Shown: one piece after another, positions 28,623-32,000 of the stretch
Position numbering within the stretch: position 1 is the first letter of the stretch
Layout of the letters: every line of letters begins with the position of its first letter
NCBI RefSeq assembly: GCF_017876815.1
Contig: NZ_JAGIOS010000001.1
Coordinates: forward strand, 3,060,001 to 3,092,000
Origin: Sinorhizobium meliloti
GTDB taxonomy: Bacteria > Pseudomonadota > Alphaproteobacteria > Rhizobiales > Rhizobiaceae
Direction of reading: 5' to 3'
Length of the DNA: 32,000 nucleotides
The notes under the pieces: generated by a model
Told to the model about the DNA's origin: nothing
What the model saw: the letters and a program-made list of their open reading frames with translations, nothing else
The model's database searches: none
Made by a program: the position numbers and the translations under genes

Positions 28623-29047
28623 TCATTGGAGGTGGCCACGCCTGCAGCGCGTCTTGCTTGGAACGACATCCTCTACCAGAATAGATTTGAATGCTTTCAC
28701 CACTTGGAACCCGGAAGGAGCCTTGGCAGCACCTTGGCGGTCGCAAACTCAACGCTGTCCAGTTCCGGCACTGGACCAAGATGCGGGAAGGAGTTCTGCG
28801 GGTTCAGCGCAGCCTTTTTCTTTAGCGGCGTTGCCGGATTGGCCGACAACAATTGCAGATGGATCGGCGCGATAAGCATTTCACCGAACGCGGCAACGTC
28901 ATCCACCGTCCCGACCTCGCAACCGATGGCCGATACGCCGGATCGTTTCGGTCGTCTGGAATTGCTCAACATGACCTGATGACCGGCTTTCACCGCAATC
29001 GATCCAACGGCCTGTGCCATTCGACCCGCGCCTATGATCCCGGTCAT
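28623..29047 (-). pseudogene. Frameshifted and truncated NADP oxidoreductase (F420-oxidoreductase/Rossmann family) remnant
   Basis: N-terminus MTGIIGAGRMAQAVGSIAVKAGHQVMLSNSR (GxGxxG Rossmann motif). The reading frame stops at PGSKW*. The conserved continuation VVKAFKSIL is found in the adjacent frame starting at about 28706 and ends at 28623, far short of the ~210 aa I would expect for this family. Confidence 0.6.
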
Positions 29048-29229
29048 CTTTGTTCCTTCCGTGCCTATGGCGTTCATCTGAGTTCAACGCGACAAGGCTT
29101 CCGCCTGCATCGCCTTCTTGCCTCCGAAGACAAGGAAGCTCATCAGCGCGAGGCTCCAAGCCGAGACTGCGCCATAGAGAGTGACCCAGCCGATGCCATG
29201 CGCCAGCGCGTCGCGGGCCGTGTCCGTGC

Positions 29230-29880
29230 CTAGCGGTCGAGGTCTTGGTCGATAATTCGCGCGCACTGCTGGACGCCTATGAGGACGGAACGCTGGACGC
29301 CGTGATCGTGCGCAGCGACGACGACCGGCGGGACGGAGAAGTGCTCGGCCCCGAGCATTTCGGGTGGTTCGCGTCATCGGATTTCGAGCATCACACTGGC
29401 GAGCCGTTGCGGATCGCAAGTCATCCTTCGTGCTGTACGGTTCGAGAAGTGGCGACACGCTTGCTCGATGCCGCTTCGATTCGGTGGACCGAGGTATTCG
29501 TTGGCGGCACCTCGGCGGTGACGGCAGCATTGTCCGCCGGTCTTGCGGTTGCTGCATTCCCTTGTCGGCTGGCAACTGCGGACATGATCGAGGTTAGCCA
29601 GATGCTCAACCTGCCGTCAATTCCGTCATTGTCCATCGTTCTGCACTCGTCCCTGACTGACCCCAAAACGCGCGAAACACTTCGCGCGATCACCGCGGCG
29701 TTCAGTGAGCATCGCAGGAACAGCAACAAGCAAATCAGCCTCGTTCCCTCGGAGTGGCCGGACGGAAAGCGCCCCGACAAAGAGAGGCCGGCTAATGACA
29801 ATCGCCCAACTGATGGAGATGCCGGCAACGAAACCGACGTCGCCGCGCGGCTCGCGGTGGTGCTGTCCATCCCCGCCTGA
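29230..29880 (+). pseudogene. LysR-family regulator fragment (substrate-binding domain only, no HTH)
   Basis: LAVEVLVDNSRALLDAYEDGTLDAVIVR...LRIASHP...WTEVFVGGTSAVTAALSAGLAVAAFP is a LysR effector-domain pattern. The frame opens only at 29185, and no N-terminal winged-helix domain is present upstream. Confidence 0.6.
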
Positions 29881-29985
29881 TCGGCAGGCGCGTGGCGCGT
29901 GAGGACTTCGAGAAGGCCATGCGTGCCGCCAATGACCCGCGCCGAATCCGACGACGAGAAGTAACCATCTTGATTTTCTTTAGTG

Positions 29986-30004
29986 GTACGGGTATCGTCC
30001 GTAC
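29986..30004. promoter_or_regulatory. Palindrome GTACGG-N7-CCGTAC upstream of the antitoxin gene (candidate autoregulatory operator)
   Basis: 6-bp perfect arms ending 15 nt upstream of ATG 30020, in the only available promoter space. Ribbon-helix-helix antitoxins typically bind such palindromes. Confidence 0.35.
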
Positions 30005-30019
30005 GTAACGGAGATCGAT

Positions 30020-30310
30020 ATGGCCCAGACGCTTCCCAACCGTGACGACCGCATCGAATTGCGCACCACGCGCGAGGAAAAACGGCTTCTCACCGCCGCC
30101 GCCGCCCATGAGCGGCTGGACGTGACCAGCTTCATCATGCGCGCTGTTCTGCCCGCCGCCCTCGATGTGGTCGAGAACGCCGAACGCATCTCGCTCTCGG
30201 AGCGGGACTCCTTGCGCCTGCTCGACCTTCTGGAAAACCCGCCCGCTCCGACGCCGGCTCTGCTTGCCGCAGCACGCCGCCGCATTGCCCGAGGCGGGAA
30301 GAGTGCTTGA
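30020..30310 (+). CDS. DUF1778-family (TacA-like, ribbon-helix-helix) antitoxin
   Basis: 96 aa. RIELRTTREEKRLLTAAAAHERLDVTSFIMRAVLPAALDVVE matches the DUF1778 pattern. Its stop overlaps the start of the downstream GNAT gene. Confidence 0.85.
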   Translation: MAQTLPNRDDRIELRTTREEKRLLTAAAAHERLDVTSFIMRAVLPAALDVVENAERISLSERDSLRLLDLLENPPAPTPALLAAARRRIARGGKSA

Positions 30311-30827
30311 CTGGCGCGAAGAGCCCATCGGACGCAACCATGACCGCAAGGCGTTCGATTGCGGCACGCCGGAACTGAACGAATATCTGCGCCGACATGC
30401 CCGCCAGAACCATGAGGGCGGCGGCTCCAAGACCTTCGTGGCGGTGGCTCCGTCCGCGCCCGAAAGCATCCTCGGCTACTATTCCATCAGCCCTGCCTCG
30501 ATTGCCTTCGCAAAGGTCCCCGATTTCCTGACCAAAAGGCTGGGGCGCTACGAGGTCGCCGTTTACCGGCTTGCCCGTCTGGCCGTAGCGCTGCCATTGC
30601 AGGGTCAGGGGCTTGGCGGCGATCTGTTGCTGGCAGCGGGCGCGCGGGCGCTGGCCGTGGCCGCGCAGGTCGGCGGGGTGGCGCTGGCTATCGACGCCAA
30701 GGATGAAAAGGCGGCGCGCTGGTACGAGCGTTTCGGCGCAATGCCACTGCTTGACAGCAGCCCGCTCAGCCTGATCCTGCCGTTCAAGACCATCATCGAC
30801 GCTCTGGACGCCGCGCAGAGCGAATAA
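30303..30827 (+). CDS. GNAT-family N-acetyltransferase toxin (TacT/AtaT-like)
   Basis: 174 aa from GTG 30303, with an 8-nt overlap with the antitoxin stop. FDCGTPELNEYLRRHARQN, YYSISPASI, YRLARLAVALPLQGQGLGGDLL (acetyl-CoA site Q/RxxGxG) and AIDAKDEKAARWYERFGA. These are the typical partner pattern of DUF1778 antitoxins. Confidence 0.85.
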   Translation: MLDWREEPIGRNHDRKAFDCGTPELNEYLRRHARQNHEGGGSKTFVAVAPSAPESILGYYSISPASIAFAKVPDFLTKRLGRYEVAVYRLARLAVALPLQGQGLGGDLLLAAGARALAVAAQVGGVALAIDAKDEKAARWYERFGAMPLLDSSPLSLILPFKTIIDALDAAQSE

Positions 30828-30854
30828 CCGATCAGAAAGGCCTCCGTCACGCTC

Positions 30855-31022
30855 CGCATTGCCCGTTACGCCTGCTCCGAGAACCAGCGTAACGCCTCCG
30901 TCGAGGACCAGTTGCGCCAGTGCCGCGAGCGTACGGACCGCGGCGGCCGTCTGCCGGAACCGGAGGCCGATGGCGCCCGTTACCTGAAGTTCAACGCGCT
31001 CAAGGGAGCAGCGTGGGGCTGA
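30855..31022 (+). pseudogene. Serine recombinase (resolvase/invertase family) N-terminal remnant
   Basis: The translation RIARYACSENQRNASVEDQLRQCRERTDRGG resembles the conserved N-terminus of serine recombinases (..IYARYSS.NQ...SIEDQ...C+E.A...G). The catalytic Ser-Ser position reads Cys-Ser. Similarity is lost after about 30 codons and the frame stops at 31022. Confidence 0.45.
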
Positions 31023-31032
31023 GGGCCTGACC

Positions 31033-31350
31033 ATGGGAACGGTGACCAAATTCCGGAATATACGCCCTTGCATGACCGAAAGGGCAGACGAAGCTGCGGC
31101 GCTGCTCAAGGCGGCGGCGAACCAGAACCGGCTGATGATCCTGTGCACGCTCATCGAAGGCGAGCACTCGGTCGGTCAGCTGGAAGAGATGCTCGGCATC
31201 CGCCAACCGTCCTTGTCGCAACAGCTGACCGTGTTGCGTGAGGCTGGTATCGTCGCAACACGACGCGACGCCAAACAGATCTTTTACCGGCTCGCCGAGG
31301 AGAAGGCCGTAAGGCTGGTAATGGCGCTCTATCAGATATTCTGCCGCTGA
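31033..31350 (+). CDS. ArsR/SmtB-family transcriptional regulator
   Basis: 105 aa. AAALLKAAANQNRLMILCTLIEGEHSVGQLEEMLGIRQPSLSQQLTVLREAGIVATRRDAKQIFYRL is the canonical ArsR winged HTH. Confidence 0.88.
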   Translation: MGTVTKFRNIRPCMTERADEAAALLKAAANQNRLMILCTLIEGEHSVGQLEEMLGIRQPSLSQQLTVLREAGIVATRRDAKQIFYRLAEEKAVRLVMALYQIFCR

Positions 31351-31470
31351 AGCGACTGATTTGACGGAGTGTCAACGCAAATTTGGCTTGGATGGGCTGC
31401 AAATCCATGTGAATCGGCCCATATAGAGCAGCACCCTGCCGACTTTGCACCTCTTCCCCGGATCTGTTTC

Positions 31471-32000
<530 letters not shown>

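Noticed and set aside
30135-31154. 339-aa minus-strand ORF across the toxin-antitoxin genes and the recombinase remnant
   Set aside because: It is antisense to two genes with clear family signatures and has no motifs of its own.

Overview
High-GC alphaproteobacterial chromosomal segment. Gene content (DUF982, znuA / znuCB-zur, RIME-like intergenic repeats) suggests Rhizobiaceae, but that is inference only. The backbone genes are a TRAP transporter (P subunit convergent with Q-M), a GH43 beta-xylosidase, an RcnB-like His-rich periplasmic protein, the zinc uptake locus with two Zur-box-like palindromes, gamma-carbonic anhydrase, an FAH-family hydrolase, dusA, cspA, a J-domain protein, an unusually long uvrB, a small DMT protein, a YciA-like thioesterase, a Cache-type MCP, an ArsR regulator and an ABC ATPase that runs off the 3' edge. 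Several things fall outside ordinary annotation. (1) Two families of structured intergenic repeats are present, and one copy is split by a complete IS481-family element sitting exactly in a hairpin loop, so the empty site can be rebuilt from the two intact copies in the window. (2) Two secreted, extremely glycine-rich tandem-repeat proteins share a GGGQD motif and lie about 4 kb apart. (3) A lipoprotein is built from three reduced-cysteine Kazal-like protease-inhibitor domains and sits next to an extensin-like lipoprotein carrying LAS-type metallopeptidase motifs. (4) A gene-decay patch is followed by a DUF1778/GNAT (TacAT-type) toxin-antitoxin pair and a serine-recombinase remnant. No rRNA, tRNA or CRISPR was found. 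I found no clear multi-gene novel system; the best candidates for new biology are the Gly-rich protein pair, the Kazal-like lipoprotein and the hairpin-loop IS insertion. All family calls come from reading motifs in the translations. No database search was run.
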